The translations under genes and the position numbers were made by a program. Positions 28,195 to 41,775 of a stretch of DNA of 64,000 bases are shown here, one piece after another. Under the pieces are notes generated by a model, which saw only the letters and a program-made list of their open reading frames with translations, was not told where the DNA came from and searched no databases. This DNA comes from Octopus sinensis (lineage: Eukaryota). Each line of letters begins with the position of its first letter. Position 1 is the first letter of the stretch. The stretch lies in contig NC_043023.1 of assembly GCF_006345805.1 (NCBI RefSeq), positions 13,516,001 through 13,580,000 of the forward strand, in the 5' to 3' direction.

Positions 28195-28493
28195 GACCAG
28201 CCTCATTGTGTTCCCGAAGGTCAAAAATGCCCTCTTTTACACCGACAAGAATCATTCGATCAAGCTCGACAGCCGACATTTATCAATTCGCTACCTCGGG
28301 CCTCAGAGCACAAAAATTGGCGGAGGCGGCGGAGGAGGAGGTGCCGGTAGTGGCGGCGGCGGCGGTAATAATAGTGTTTCTGGTGGCAACAAACCTGCCA
28401 CCGCTCCCGGCAGCAATCAGCCTAAGATTAAGCCCCGGAGTGAACCACCGCCCAAAGCTAATCCTCAGCCTGACCCGAAGCCTAAAGAGTCAG
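28195..28493 (+). CDS. Coding exon: C-terminal half of RRM1 (TSLIVFPKVKNALFYTDKNHSIKLDSRHLSIRYLG) plus Gly- and Pro/Lys-rich linker
   Basis: Polypyrimidine tract with tttcag| acceptor and cag|gtaagc donor; starts phase 2, ends phase 1, matching the next exon (G+AG = Glu). Confidence 0.88.
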
Positions 28494-28639
28494 GTAAGCA
28501 TGGAAACGAATCTGTTGTCGGCTACGGGCTGATGCATGCCTGCTTCTTCCTGCGTGTTGTCATCGTCATCATGGGTGCTTGTGTTGGTGAGGTCCGCTTG
28601 CTTGTGCGTACTTGTTTGTCATTTTCCACTGCTGACGGT

Positions 28640-28982
28640 CATAGCCATCATCATCACCATCACCACCATCATTGTCATCACTATCATCATCATCACCATT
28701 GTCATCATGGTTATTACCATCAATATCATCATCATCATCATCGTCATCACTATCATCATCATCATCACCATCATAATCATCATCACCATAATCATCATCA
28801 TCATCATTGTCATCATCACCACCATAGTCATCATCACCGTAATCATCACCACCACCATCATCATTATCGTCATCATCACCATCATAATCATCATCACCAT
28901 CATCATCGTCATCACCACCATCATCGTCATCATCACTATCATCATCATTGTAGTGTTTATAATTGTCGTTGTCATCATCCAT
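28640..28982. repeat. (CAT/CAC)n trinucleotide microsatellite in intron
   Basis: Direct reading. Confidence 0.95.
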
Positions 28983-29284
28983 GAATGGGGATTAACGACC
29001 GATCCCAGTAGGTCGGGATTCGCAATATTGGTTGTTCTATTCATCCTTTTGATTGTTGAATACAAAATGCGGCTTGTGAGACACTGGATGAAATGCTTAG
29101 CGACATTTCATCCACTTTGGCATTCTGAGTTCAAATTCTGCTGAGGTTGACTTTGCGTTTCATCCTTCCGGGTTGAGAAATTAAGTGTCAGTTGACTACT
29201 GGGGTTTGGTGTAATCAGCTCATCCCCTCCTGCAAAAGGGATGCCCTTGTGGCAAAATTTGAAACCATTATTATCATCATCATC

Positions 29285-30030
29285 ATCATCATTATTATTA
29301 TTGAGTGAGAGAGCAGTGCATGCCATCAAAGTGACCCTGGGGTAAAATATACGAAGCCCAGTAGACCCATCATGACTACCTGTCTGATAAGGGCACACCA
29401 GGCACATGCATCACAACCATATGTGTGCGACATGGTGATCTCATATCAAGATAAACAGCGCATAATAATAATAATAATAATAATAATGCAGTACCAGGCA
29501 GTGGCTCTCCTGGCTTCTGATCTTAACTGATTGGAGGTGTTATCATGTACATCGTTTAGTCTTGGTATAAAAGATGGGTTTTACAGCAAATATTCTGCTC
29601 AATATTGCAGGTGGGGCCCAGTTAGAATTTTCTTCAGGTCGAGTAACCCATCCCACTCAAAAGGTCCTTGAATAAGGATTAAGGATGTTGAACGAAACAA
29701 CCATGTCTCCGAAGGTGAATTATCCAAACCTCAAAGAATCCCTCTCAACACATGGCCATGATGCTTCCCCACTACTTCTGCTCGTGATCAGAGATGCACA
29801 TATCATCAGCCACTAAGGGACATGCTCAACTGGTTACGGTCAAACAACTGATAAGCAAATCTGTGGTATTGAGCAGAATATTTGCTGTAAAACCCATCTT
29901 TTATACCAAGACAAAACAATGTACATGATAACACTTCCAATCAGTTAAGATGAGAAGCCATGAGAGCCACTGCCTGGTACTGCATCAGGGCATTTATTGC
30001 CTGGTACTGCATCAGGGCATCCATTGGGTA
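29285..30030 (-). mobile_element. About 600-bp (AAT)n-tailed dispersed element with an internal inverted duplication
   Basis: Homologous to 56800-57700 (+); about 115-bp arms at about 29488-29603 and 29867-29992 are reverse complements. Confidence 0.65.
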
Positions 30031-31349
30031 CTGCATCAGGGCATCCATTGTTATTATTATTATCATTATTTTTATTATTATTATGGTGGTGAGCTAGCAG
30101 AAGCATTAGCATGCTGGATGAAATGCTTAGCAGTATTTCATCTGCCTTTGCATTCTGAGTTCAGATTCCACCATTCTGAGTTCAGATTGCCTTTCGTCCC
30201 TTTTGGGGCTCGATAAATTAAGTACCCGTAAAACACAGGGATTGATGAAATTGACTAGTCTCCACCTCCCACCCCCCAAAAAAATTTCAGGCCTTGTACC
30301 TCCAGTAGAAAGAATTATTATTATTATTATTAGGGCATTGGCCACGATTCGGATGGTGCTTTTTACGTGCCACCAGCACGGAAGCGCCGCCTCGACTGGC
30401 TTCCGTGCTGGTGGCACGTAAAATGCACCATCCGAATCGCGGCGATGCCAGCGTCGCCTCGACTGGCTTCTGTGCCGGTGGCACGTAAAATGCACCATCC
30501 GAATCGCGGCCGATGCCAGCGTCGCCTCGACTGGCTTCTGTGCCGGTGGCACGTAAAATGCACCAATCCGACCGTGTCCATTGCCAGCCTCCCCTGACAC
30601 CTGTGCCGGTGGCACGTAAAAAGCACCCACTACACTCATGGAGTGGTTGGCGTTAGGAAGGGCATCCAGCTGTAGAAACACTGCCAGATTTGACTGGGCC
30701 TGATGAAGCCTTCTGGCTTCACAGACCCCAGTAGAACCGTCCAACCCATGCTAGCATGGAAAACGGACGCTAAACGATGATGATGATGATGATGATGATG
30801 GCAGTGAGCTGGTAGAATTGTCAGCGAAATGCTTGGCTGTATTTTGTCCGTCTTTAAGTACCATTCAAATATTGGGGGCCTATTTGATCGACTAGCACCC
30901 CTCCTCCATCCAATTTCAGGCCTTGTGCCTCCGATAGAAAGGTTTATTGTTGTTGTTGTCAGCATTAAGGTCATGTTATAATCTGCTGTGGTCAGTATTT
31001 GAAAATGTTGTTGTTGTTATTATTATTATTATTATTATTATTGTTATTGTTATTGTTGTTGTTATTTTTTATTGATCTGTTAGTAGCAAAGATGACTGTC
31101 CCTTGCTCGGCTCGGCTGAATTCACATAACTAAATAAATACATACATTTTTGCCCTTTACCCTATTCCCTCAAAACCCTACACAACTCACAACCCTTTTC
31201 CGTCTTTAAGTACCAGTCAAGTACTGGGGGGGGGGGGGCGATGTGATCGACTATTCCCCCTCCTGCAAATTTCAGGCGTTGTCCCTTCAGTAAAAAGGAT
31301 TATTAAGATCATATTATAAACTGCTGCAGTCTGTATTTGAAAATATTGT

Positions 31350-32290
31350 TGTCATTATTATTATTATTATTATTATTATTCTATGTTTGACTTTTGCTTT
31401 ACATTTGTACAAGTTGGCTCCAAGTCTCACCCAGAGACCTCAAGAGACAACAGGTTGGAAGTTCATGTTGTTGTTATGCCTAGTGTGCCATATATTTGGT
31501 TTTGTACATAGTGTTGTACTAGTGAATGTCTAAAAAAAACATACAAAAATTATGTTTGTTTTAAAACTTGAGATTACATAGAAAGTATTTTGCGTAGGAT
31601 ATGAGCAGTTCCCATGAGCACTATCTTTTGAATTTCTGCCATTTTTGGATTTCCTGGTATTATTATTATAATATTATCATTATTATTATTATTGTTCTTT
31701 TATATTTGACTTTTGATTTGCATTTATACAAGTTGGCTCCAAGTGTCACCTCAAGAGACAACAAATTGGAAGTTCATGTGGTGTTATGCCTTGGGTACCA
31801 TATATTTGGTTTTGTACTTAGTGTTGTACTAGTGAATGCCTAAAAAAACCATAAGAAAATTATGTTTGTTTTAAACCTTGAGATTACATAGAAAGTATTT
31901 TGCGTAGGATATGAGCAGTTCCCATGAGCACTATCTTTTGAATTTCTGCCACTTTTGGGTTTCCTGGTATTATTATTATTATATTATCATTATTATTATT
32001 ATTATTCTTTTATATTTGACTTTTGCTTTGCATTTATACAAGTTGGCTCCAAGTGTCACCCAGAGACCAAGAGACAACAAATTGGAAGTTCATGTTGGTG
32101 TTATGCCTAGGGTGTCATATATTTGGTTTTGTACTTAGTGTTGTTCTAGAGAATGTTTAAGAGACCATAAGAAAATTATGTTTGTTTTAAAACTTGCGAT
32201 TACTTAGAAAGTATTTTGCATAGGATATGAGCACTATCTTTTGAATTTCTGCCATTTTGGGGTTTCCTGGTATTATTATTATAATATTAT
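31350..32290. repeat. Tandem repeat of about 310 bp, about 3 copies
   Basis: Near-identical ORFs start at 31601 and 31911; each unit carries a (TTA)n block. Confidence 0.85.
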
Positions 32291-32904
32291 TATGCTGAAA
32301 AGTTCCTGGTTTTGGGTAAAACAAAATAGAGGAGGATCAGTTAATTATGATTTTATTCAACATGTTCCCCTCTCAGATTCACACACTTATTGCAGCGGTC
32401 CTTGAGTTTTTCTAAGCCCTGTAAAAAAAACTTGGAAGCTTGGGCCTCCAACCAGGTTTTTCCCTACACCCTTAAAGCCAAGAACTTTTCACCACCCCTT
32501 CGTACATGCTTGTGTGTATATATATTTTATGTTTGTGTGTGTGTATTATATATATATATATATATATATCCTTGAAGCTGGTCTTCTTCTGGGCAACCAT
32601 TTAGCTCTGATCCTGAAGTCGCTAACTATTAATCTATGTTGAGGAGTACATCTTTCGCCTGGAAAGGTTTTGGCATTTATAAGCAGCTCTCTTTCCCTCT
32701 TTCTGGCGAGGATGTAGTCAATCTGGCTAGTGTGTCTGCCAGAACGGTAGGTGAGAGGTGTGTTTCCTGAAGTTGGTATTGCAAACCATAAGGCCAGATA
32801 AGACGGAGCCTGGTGCAGCCTTCAGGCTTCCCAGATCCCCGGTCAAACCGTCCAACCCATGCTAGCGCGGAAAACGGATGTTAAACGATGATGATGATTA
32901 CCAT

Positions 32905-33345
32905 GTGCGTCACAAAATAGGACCACAGAAAGAGAGGTGCTAAAGTCAGGCAGAGAGCAGCTCTGGAAAATCCTCGCTGAGCGATTTACGCACTATCTAG
33001 ACGAGGGAAGAATTCCCTCGCAGTGGAAAGAGTCAAATACCATCCTGCTGTATAAGAAGGGGCGCAGAGAAGATCTAAAGAACTACCGACCCATATGCCT
33101 GCTGTCTCACGTGTACAAGCTGTTCACGAAGTAATTATGAACAGGTTGTCACGTCGTCTCGACGAACAACAACCGAGGGAGCAAGCAGGCTTCCGGAAGA
33201 ACTACAGCACAATGGACCATATATTTGCTCTAACGCAACTGCTTGAGCGAGCAAATGAGTACAAGCTGCCTCTTTGCGTTGCGTTTATAGATTATGAGAA
33301 GGCCTTCGATAGCGTCGAAACCAATGCAGTGCTGAACTCGCTGCA
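32905..33345 (+). pseudogene. RTE-clade LINE reverse-transcriptase fragment
   Basis: WKESNTILLYKKG...NYRPICLLSHVYKLF, then after a frameshift EQAGFRKNYSTMDHIF...FIDYEKAFDSV. Confidence 0.88.
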
Positions 33346-33848
33346 GTTTGTTATATGGGAGTGAAAAATTCATTACAAATATAAGAGTAAATAATTATTA
33401 ATTTAATAATTGATAATAATTGATTGTCGGTGGCACGTAAAAAGCACCATCCGAATCGTAGCCGAAGCGAGTGCCGCCTCGACTGGCTTCCATAAAATGC
33501 ACCAATCCGACCGTGGCCGATGCCAGCCTCGCCTGGCACCAGTGCAGGTGGCACGTAAAAGGCACCCACTACACTCACGGAGTGGTTGGCGTTAGGAAGG
33601 GCATCCAGCTGTAGAAACACTGCCAGGTAAGACCGGAGCCTGGTGCAGCCTTCTGGCTTCCCAGATCCCAGTCGAACCATCCAACCCATGCTAGCATGGA
33701 AAACGGACGTTAAACGATGATGATGATGATGATAAATTTTACCAAGTAGTTTCGGTATGGAAAGAGAACCATTATCGGTAGGAATTTTTGTGTTATGTGT
33801 TAGTATGTATAAATGGTTATGTCTTCATCACTGGTTTTTCTTCTTCAG

Positions 33849-33972
33849 AGGATGACAAAATTGTGGTGATTCAAAATCTACCGAAAGGAATCGGTAAAAT
33901 TGGCGTGTTGCAGATTATCCCCACAGCAAAGAAGGTCAATTTTAAGGGGCCACCAAAGAAATCCAAGTTTGA
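33849..33972 (+). CDS. Coding exon: N-terminal half of RRM2 (EDDKIVVIQNLPKGIGKIGVLQIIPTAKKVNFKGPPKKSKF)
   Basis: ttcttcag| acceptor, ga|gtaagt donor; RNP2-like IVVIQNLP; phase 1 to 2 fits both neighbours. Confidence 0.9.
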
Positions 33973-34844
33973 GTAAGTATAACAGTTTTGCATATGCTGA
34001 GGTCTAATCCCGGATTTCGGTCAGTCATTTACTATTCACACACACACACACACACACATATATATAAATACACACACATACCTACATACATACATATGAG
34101 ACCTATTGAGTCCAGTACATCAACATCAAAAAATCAACTGCAAATTGTAGTTATGATCCCTGTGCCAGTGGCACGTAAAATGCTCCTGCCGGACGTGGCC
34201 AATGCCAGTGCAAACTTGACAGGCTTCTGTGCCGGTGGCATGTAAAAAGCACCAACCAATCGTGGCCATTGCCAGCCTCCCCTGGCACCTGTGCCGGTGG
34301 CATGTAAAAAGCACCCACTACACTCACGGCGTGGTTGGCGTTAGGAAGGGCATCCAGTTGTAGAAACACTGTCGAACCGTCCAACCCCTGCTAGTACGGA
34401 AAACGGACGTTCAATGATGATGATATATAGTCATATACAAACATATATGTAATACAGATACGTCCGTTTACTGTCACATAGCTAGAACTTTATTCTCATC
34501 TACCGATCGTGGCCGTTGCCATCCTCCCCTGGCACCTGTGAGGTGGCACGTAAAAAACACCCACTACACTCACGGAGTGGTTGGCGTTAGGAAGGGCATC
34601 CAGCTGTAGAAACACTGCCAGATCAGACTGGAGCCTGGTGCAGCCTTCTGGCTTCCCAGATCCCAGTCGAACCATCCAACCCATGCTAGCATGGAAAACG
34701 GACGTTAAACGATGATGATGATACACACACACACACACACAACTGGGGAGATTACACTTTACAGAGTGTTCTGGGTGCTTTTAATGTGGAACCAACACCA
34801 TTGAGGTCTCATAGTGCTGCCAGATAAATCTCCCCTCCATACTG

Positions 34845-35520
34845 GAGCACCACCTTTAGTCAAGCAAATCAACTCCAGAACTTATTCTTTGTATGCCTAG
34901 TATTTATTCTACTGGCCTCTTTTGCTGAACCGCTAAGTTGCGGTGACATAAACACACCCCAGCATTGGTTGTCAAGTGATGTTGGTGATTGGGTGGACAA
35001 GTATAGACACACAAACACATGTATATATATATATATGTATATATATATATACGACAGGCTTCTTTCAGTTTCCGTCTACCAAATCCACTCACAAGGCATT
35101 GGTCAGCCCAAGGTTATAGTAGAAGACACTTACCCAAGGTGCCACGCAGTGGGACTAAACCCGGAACCATGTGGTTGGTAAGCAAGCTACTTACCACACA
35201 GCCACTCCTGCACCTATATACATATATACGACAGGCTTCTTTCAGTTTCCGTCTACCAAATCCACTCACAAGGCTTTGGTCGGCCCAAGGCTATAGTAGA
35301 AGACACTTGCCCAAGGTGCCACGCAGTGGGACTAAACCCGGAACCATGTGGTTGGTAAGCAAGCTACTTACCACACAGCCACTCCTGCACCTATATACAT
35401 ATATACGACGGGCTTCTTTCAGTTTCCTTCTACCAAATCCACTCACAAGGCTTTGGTCAGCCCAAGGTTATAGTAGAAGACACTTACCCAAGGTGCCATG
35501 CAGTGGGACTGAAGCCTGAA
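34845..35520 (-). repeat. Family A SINE with the head triplicated (about 177-bp period)
   Basis: Three consecutive head modules. Confidence 0.8.
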
Positions 35521-36680
35521 TGATGTGGTTGGTCAATTAACGTCCATTGTTCATGCTGGCATGGGTTGGATCGTTTGACTAGGGCTGGTAAGCTGAGGGG
35601 CTGTACCCAATTCCAGTCTGATTTGATATAGGTTCTATAGCTGGATGGCCTTCCTAATGCCAACCACTCCGAGAGTGCAATGCAGTGGTTTTCAGCCTGG
35701 GGACCGTGGACCCTTGGTGGTCCACAAAGATGGTACTGGGGGGTCTGTGAACTAAATTCAAAATTTCATATCCAGGTTGTCCTTGACTTACGACCACAGT
35801 TGATTCCGACTGACTGGTTGTAAGTTGGCCTATAGGCTTTTTTTACTCTTTGTTTCAATCATTTGACTGCGGCCATGCTGGAGCACCACCTTTAGTCGAG
35901 CAAATCGACCCCCAGGATTTATTCTTTGTAAGCCCAGTACTTATTCTATCGGTCTCTTTTGCCGAACCGCTAAGTGACGGGGACGTAAGCACACCAGCAT
36001 CGGTGGTCAAGCAATGCTAGGGAGACAAACACACACACACAAACACATACACATACATATATATATATATATACATATATACGACAGGCTTCTTTGAGTT
36101 TCCGTCTACCAAATCCACTCACAAGGCATTGGTCGGCCCGGGGCTATAGCAGAAGACACTTGCCCAAGATGCCACGCAGTGGGACTGAACCCGGAACCAT
36201 GTGGCTGGTTAGCAAGCTACTTACCACACAGCCACTCCTGCATCTATACATATATATATATATACGACAGGCTATAGCAGAAGACACTTGCCCAAGATAC
36301 CACGCAGTGGGACTGAACCCGGAACCATGTGGTTGGTAAGCAAGCTACTTACCACACAGCCACTCCTGCGCCTATAGCTTACATAGCTTTGTTTTATATT
36401 TTTACATTCTCAGATAAAAGTCACACACGGCATTCTGTATTATACTATTAAACTGGTGTTAGTCAAAAATTTCAGAGTCTCAAACAGTTGTCTTATAAAC
36501 AAATACGAGGTTACCTCAATGTCCCTGCGACTGGATAGTCATCCAACACAGTGGTGAGCGATAACCAAACCTAGGGGAAGCATTTGTTAGCTGAGATCAT
36601 CCGTAGGTGGGTTAATTTCTAAGAAATGAAACCCATTAGATTTCAACTGGACTCTGTGTGTGTGTGTGTATGTATGTATG

Positions 36681-36716
<36 letters not shown>

Positions 36717-38361
36717 TATATATACACACACATATATATATATATACACACACATACATAAACATATACATCATCATCATCATCATCATTTAACGTCCGC
36801 TCTCCATGCTAGCATGGGTTGGACGGTTCAACTGGGGTCTGGGGAGCCCGAAAGCTGCACCAGTCCAGTCAGATCTGGCAGTGTTTCTACAGCTGGATGC
36901 CCTTCCTAACGCCAACCACTCCGAGAGTGTAGTGGGTGATTTTATGTGCCACCGACACAGGTGCCAGACGAGGCTGGCAGACGGCCACGCTCGGATGGTG
37001 TTTTTTATGTGCCACCGACACAGGTGCCAGACGAGGCTGGCAGAGCCACGCTCGGATGGTGTTTTTATGTGCCACCGACACAGGTGCCAGACGAGGCTGG
37101 CGGACGGGCACGCTCGGATGGTGTTTTTATGTGCCACCGACACAGGTGCCAGATGAGGCTGGCAAACGGCCACGATCGGATGGTGCTTGTTACGTGCCCA
37201 CAGCACGGAGGCCAGTCGATGCGGTACTGGCTACGGCCACGTTCGGATGGTTTTCTTATGTGCCACGTGCCACCGGCACTGGTACCACAAAGATACAAAT
37301 TCCATTGATGTTCATCTATTTTGATTTGTTTGATGATTGATTTGATTTTCACTTGCCTCAACAGGTCTTCACAAGTGTCACAAGAAGGAAGGTATGCACA
37401 GGTGGACTGACTACGTCCCAGGTAGGGGCCATGGGTTATGGCCTGACTAGTCTTGCCGGGTCTTCGGATGTTGTTTTTATGTGCCACCGACACAGGTGCT
37501 AGATGAGGTGGCGAACGGCCACGATCGGATGGTGTTTGTCATGTGCCCACCGCACTGACTACGGCACTGATGGATTTCTTGTGTGCCACAGGCACTGGTA
37601 CCACAAGATACAAATCCATTGATTCCTCTATTTTGTCTATTTTGATTTGATTTGATTTGATTTTCACTTGCCTCAACCGGTCTTCACAAGTGTCACAAGA
37701 AGGAAGGAAGGTATGCACAGGTGGACTGACTAGTCTTGCCGGGTCTTCGGAAGGTGTTTTATGTGCCACCGACACAGGTGCCAGATGAGGCTGGCGAACG
37801 GCCATGATCGGATGGTGTTTGTTACGTGCCCACAGCACGGAGGCCGGTCGATGCGGAACTGGCTACGGCCACGTTCGGATGGTTCTCATGTGTGCCACCG
37901 GCACTGGTACCACAAAGTGTGTGTGCCACCGGCACTGGTACACAAAGATACAGATTCCATTGATGTTCATCTATCTGGATTTGTTTTGATTTGATTAATC
38001 ATAATATATATAATATATATATATATATCTCCATACATTGATACATACATACACACATACATATATATATGTGTATTGGAAGGTTTGGAGATGATGTACA
38101 GGTATTTTATATTAGAAGAAATGAGGTACTCAGAAATTGGGGTGGTTTTATATTTACAGATATTTATTTGTATATTATATGTTTTTATATATCGTATATC
38201 ATATATTAACGCTTTCATCCATTCTAGTGGAGTTGTCAAATTGAACTAAGTTCTTGGGGAAAATTTGACTATTTTTGCACGCACAGATATGTAGATACAC
38301 ACACACACACACACACGTGTGTGTGTGTATGTATATATATATATATATATATATATCAGTA

Positions 38362-38900
38362 ATAAAGGGTGAAATTAATTAATTTAGAAATAATCATCAA
38401 TTTCACCAAGTAGATTTCGGCATGTAAAAGACCCATTCAAGGAAGATTTAAGTAATACTAAGTAATTCAGGGTTCAGCAACGATTTGCCTCACCACATAC
38501 CGAATTTAGAAATAGCAGTCAAAAAGTTTTGGCTATTCTTTCTACTTAAAAGGGCGATCCCAGTAAAACCAAAGCACTTAAAAAGCAAACGACGCAGGTA
38601 AAAGAGAAAGAAATGACGAAAATCATTCTATATTAAGTTACCTACGGACGTACGTTTCGGAATTAAGTCATTGCAGAGCATAAAAATTAAATAATTATGT
38701 CTTACCTGACTATTTTCCTCCTCAGCGTAGGACTCTTCAATTATAAATAATTGCTTCTCAATTATTAATAATTGTGTATTAAATTTGAAGGCACTAGAAG
38801 ACATCACCTCAACTGATGGTATCAGAGCGAGCGTAAGCCTTACTAATACCACCAAATTCAAAGGGTGAATGAAAGCAAGTCACCATCCCTATTCCACCAG
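38362..38900 (-). mobile_element. Penelope-like terminal-repeat remnant carrying the hammerhead
   Basis: Homology to 10917-11185 plus an intact hammerhead; no RT or GIY-YIG coding sequence recognised, so the class is inferred. The right boundary is uncertain. Confidence 0.5.
38641..38731 (-). ncRNA. Type I hammerhead ribozyme motif with extended stem II
   Basis: Minus strand: CCTACG-CTGAGGA-GGAA...(60-nt stem II region)...TTCC-GAAA-CGTACGTC-CGTAGG. Stem I is 6 perfect bp, the core is intact, the cleavage triplet is GUC and stem III is palindromic (ACGTACGT). Confidence 0.8.
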
Positions 38901-38971
38901 TGTGCTGCCAAAATAAGATGCTACAGTTTTTTAAAAAATTTTTTTTCTATATATTCAATATCTCCTTGCAG

Positions 38972-39087
38972 GTCTGCCTTGTTGGAGTTCAACACTATAG
39001 CTCAGGCGAATGCTGTTATCAAGAAGAACGGTCAGTTGAGAGTTGGTGACCACACACTCTTCATTGAATCCATGACTAATCACAAAA
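38972..39087 (+). CDS. Coding exon: C-terminal half of RRM2 (SALLEFNTIAQANAVIKKNGQLRVGDHTLFIESMTNHK)
   Basis: ccttgcag| acceptor, a|gtaagt donor; phase 2 to 1; beta3-alpha2-beta4 pattern of an RRM. Confidence 0.9.
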
Positions 39088-39990
39088 GTAAGTCGCACCC
39101 TTTGTTCATATTATATTCTATCGTGGCACATAAAATCACCCACTACACTCTCGGAGTGGTTGGCGTTAGGAAGGCCATCCAGCCGTAGAAACACTGCCAG
39201 ATCAGACTGGAGCCTGGTGCAGCCTTCGGGCACCCCAGACCCCAGTTGAACCGTCCAACCCATGCTAGCATGGAAAGCGGACGTTAAACGATGATGATGT
39301 GTCCCTGACAAACCCATCGCAGACCCAGAAATAGGGACCCTGCAAACTTGTTACACACACACACACACATCCACACGCACATAGAAACCGTTGGGCACCT
39401 TCTCATAATTTTTGATAACTTGGCTAAGAATTTTTAGCCAAAGTATCAACACACTGGTTTTTTTTAACGTTTAAAAAAAAATATTTTTTTAGCCTGTTTG
39501 TTTCTTTGGCCAAACTGCGAAGTTACGAGGACATAAACATACCAACACCAGTTGTCGAGCAGTGGTGGGACGTGAGTATGCACACACACACACACATGCG
39601 ATGGGCTTCTTTTAGTTTCCGTCTACCAAATCCATTCACAAGGCTTTGGTCAGCTCGTGGTTATAGTAGAAGACACTTGCCCAAGGTGCCACGCAGTGGG
39701 ACTGAACCTGAAACCATGTGGTTGGGAAGCACATCTTCACATATATGTGTGTTTGTGCGTATATATGACGGGCTTTTTTCAGTTTCCATCTACTAAATCC
39801 ACTTACAAGACTTTGGTTGGCCCCCAAACTATAGTAGAAGGCACTTGCCCAAGATGCCTCACAGTGGGACTGAACCTGGAACCATGTGGTTGGGAAACAA
39901 GCTACTTACCACACAGCGATGCCTGTGCCTATTACCCATGCATGCATGTATATATATAAATATCTGTGTATGTGTGTGTGTGTGTGTTTT

Positions 39991-40037
<47 letters not shown>

Positions 40038-40668
40038 TCCGTGCCGGTGGCACGTAAAATACACCAATCCGATCGTGGCTGTTGCCAGCCTTGTCTGGCA
40101 CCTGTACGGGTGGCATGTAAAAAGCACCCACTATACTCTTGGAGTGGTTGGCGTTAGGAAGGGCATCCAGCTGTAGAAACACTGCCAGATCAGACTGGAG
40201 CCTGGTGCAGCCTTCAGGCTCCCCAGATCCCCGGTCGAACCGTCCAACCCATGCTAGCATGGAGAACGGACATTAAACGATGATGATAACGATGATGATG
40301 ATGATATATAATAATGCATGTGTGTGTATATATGTATATACGACAAGCTTCTTTCAGTTTCCATTTACCAAATCCACTATAGTTTGGTTGGCCTCAAACT
40401 ATAGTAGAAGGCACTTGCCCAAGGTTCCATACACAGTGGAACTGAACCCAGAACCATGTGGTTGGGAAGCAATCTTCTTACCATACACACTCACGCTAAA
40501 ACCCTTTTAAAAAAAAATACGTAATTTATAACAAAATTCAGATGACCTCAAGTCCTCCTTGTCGGCTAACTTCTTTTCAACGTCAACTGTAATCTTTATG
40601 CCCTCCAACACCTTTGACTGTTCACCAATACAAGCTGTTCCTAAAGAGAAAAAAATGTCAATGTTAAA

Positions 40669-40839
40669 CAGGCGCAGGAGTGGCTGTGTGGTAAGTAGCT
40701 TTTTTACCAACCACATGGTTCCGGGTTCAGTCCCACTGCGTGGCACCTTGGGCAAGTGTCTTCTACTATAGCCTCGGGCCGACCAAAAACTTGTGAGTGG
40801 ATTTGGTAGACGGAAACTGAAAGAAGCCCGTCGTATATA

Positions 40840-40892
<53 letters not shown>

Positions 40893-41400
40893 GCGTGTGT
40901 GTGTTTGTGTGTCTGTGTTTGTCTCCCTAGCATTGCTTGACAACCGATGCTGGTGTGTTTATGTCCCCGTTACTTAGCGGTTCGGCAAAAGAGGCCAATA
41001 GAATAAGTACTGGGCTTACAAAAGAATAAGTCCCGGGGTTGAGTTGCTCGATTAAAGGCGGTGCTCCAGCATGGCCGCAGTCAAATGACTGAAACAAGTA
41101 AAAGAGTAAACTTAGCGGTTCGGCAAAAGAGACCGATAGAATAAGTACTGGGCTTACAAAAGAATAAGTCCTGGGGTTGAGTTGCTCGATTAAAGGCGGT
41201 GCTCCAGCATGGCTGCAGTCAAATGACTGAAACAAGTAAAAGAGTAAACTTAGCAGTTCGGCAAAAGAGGCCGATAGAATAAGTACTGGGCTTACAAAAG
41301 AATAAGTCCCGGGGTTGAGTTGCTCGATTAAAGGCGGTGCTCCAGCATGGCCACAGTCAAATGACTGAAACAAGTAAAAAGAGTAAAAAAAAAGAAAGAG
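40669..41400 (+). mobile_element. Family A SINE with its 3' part triplicated (about 138-bp period)
   Basis: TTAGCGGTTCGGCAAAAGAG...GTAAAAGAGTAAAC repeated three times. Confidence 0.82.
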
Positions 41401-41775
41401 TAAAGAGTTAGCTTTAACCCTTTTACTCTGTTGAATGTAATGCTTTAACTCTTAATACGGTTTTGAATTAGTCCTGGATTATCTTGTAGTTTTGAGATTT
41501 CAGTGGTGTGTTTGTTCAGTTTTAGGATGATGTTGTAAGGTTGGCATAAGGGGCCGAATTTTGCTAGTTTGAACATAAAGCTGCTGGAATATTTGAGCCG
41601 GATGTGGTCAGTTTAAACACCAAGCGCTTAGACACTCTGTAGAAACTATTAGAAAGACACGTTCAGTGATCTCAGGCTAGCATTTCTCTGATAACTTTTT
41701 GATATTAGGGAGATGTACTTGCATAGCGAGTGACTTGATCTGAGATTGTGTGCTGGAACGAAAACAATTGCAGCG

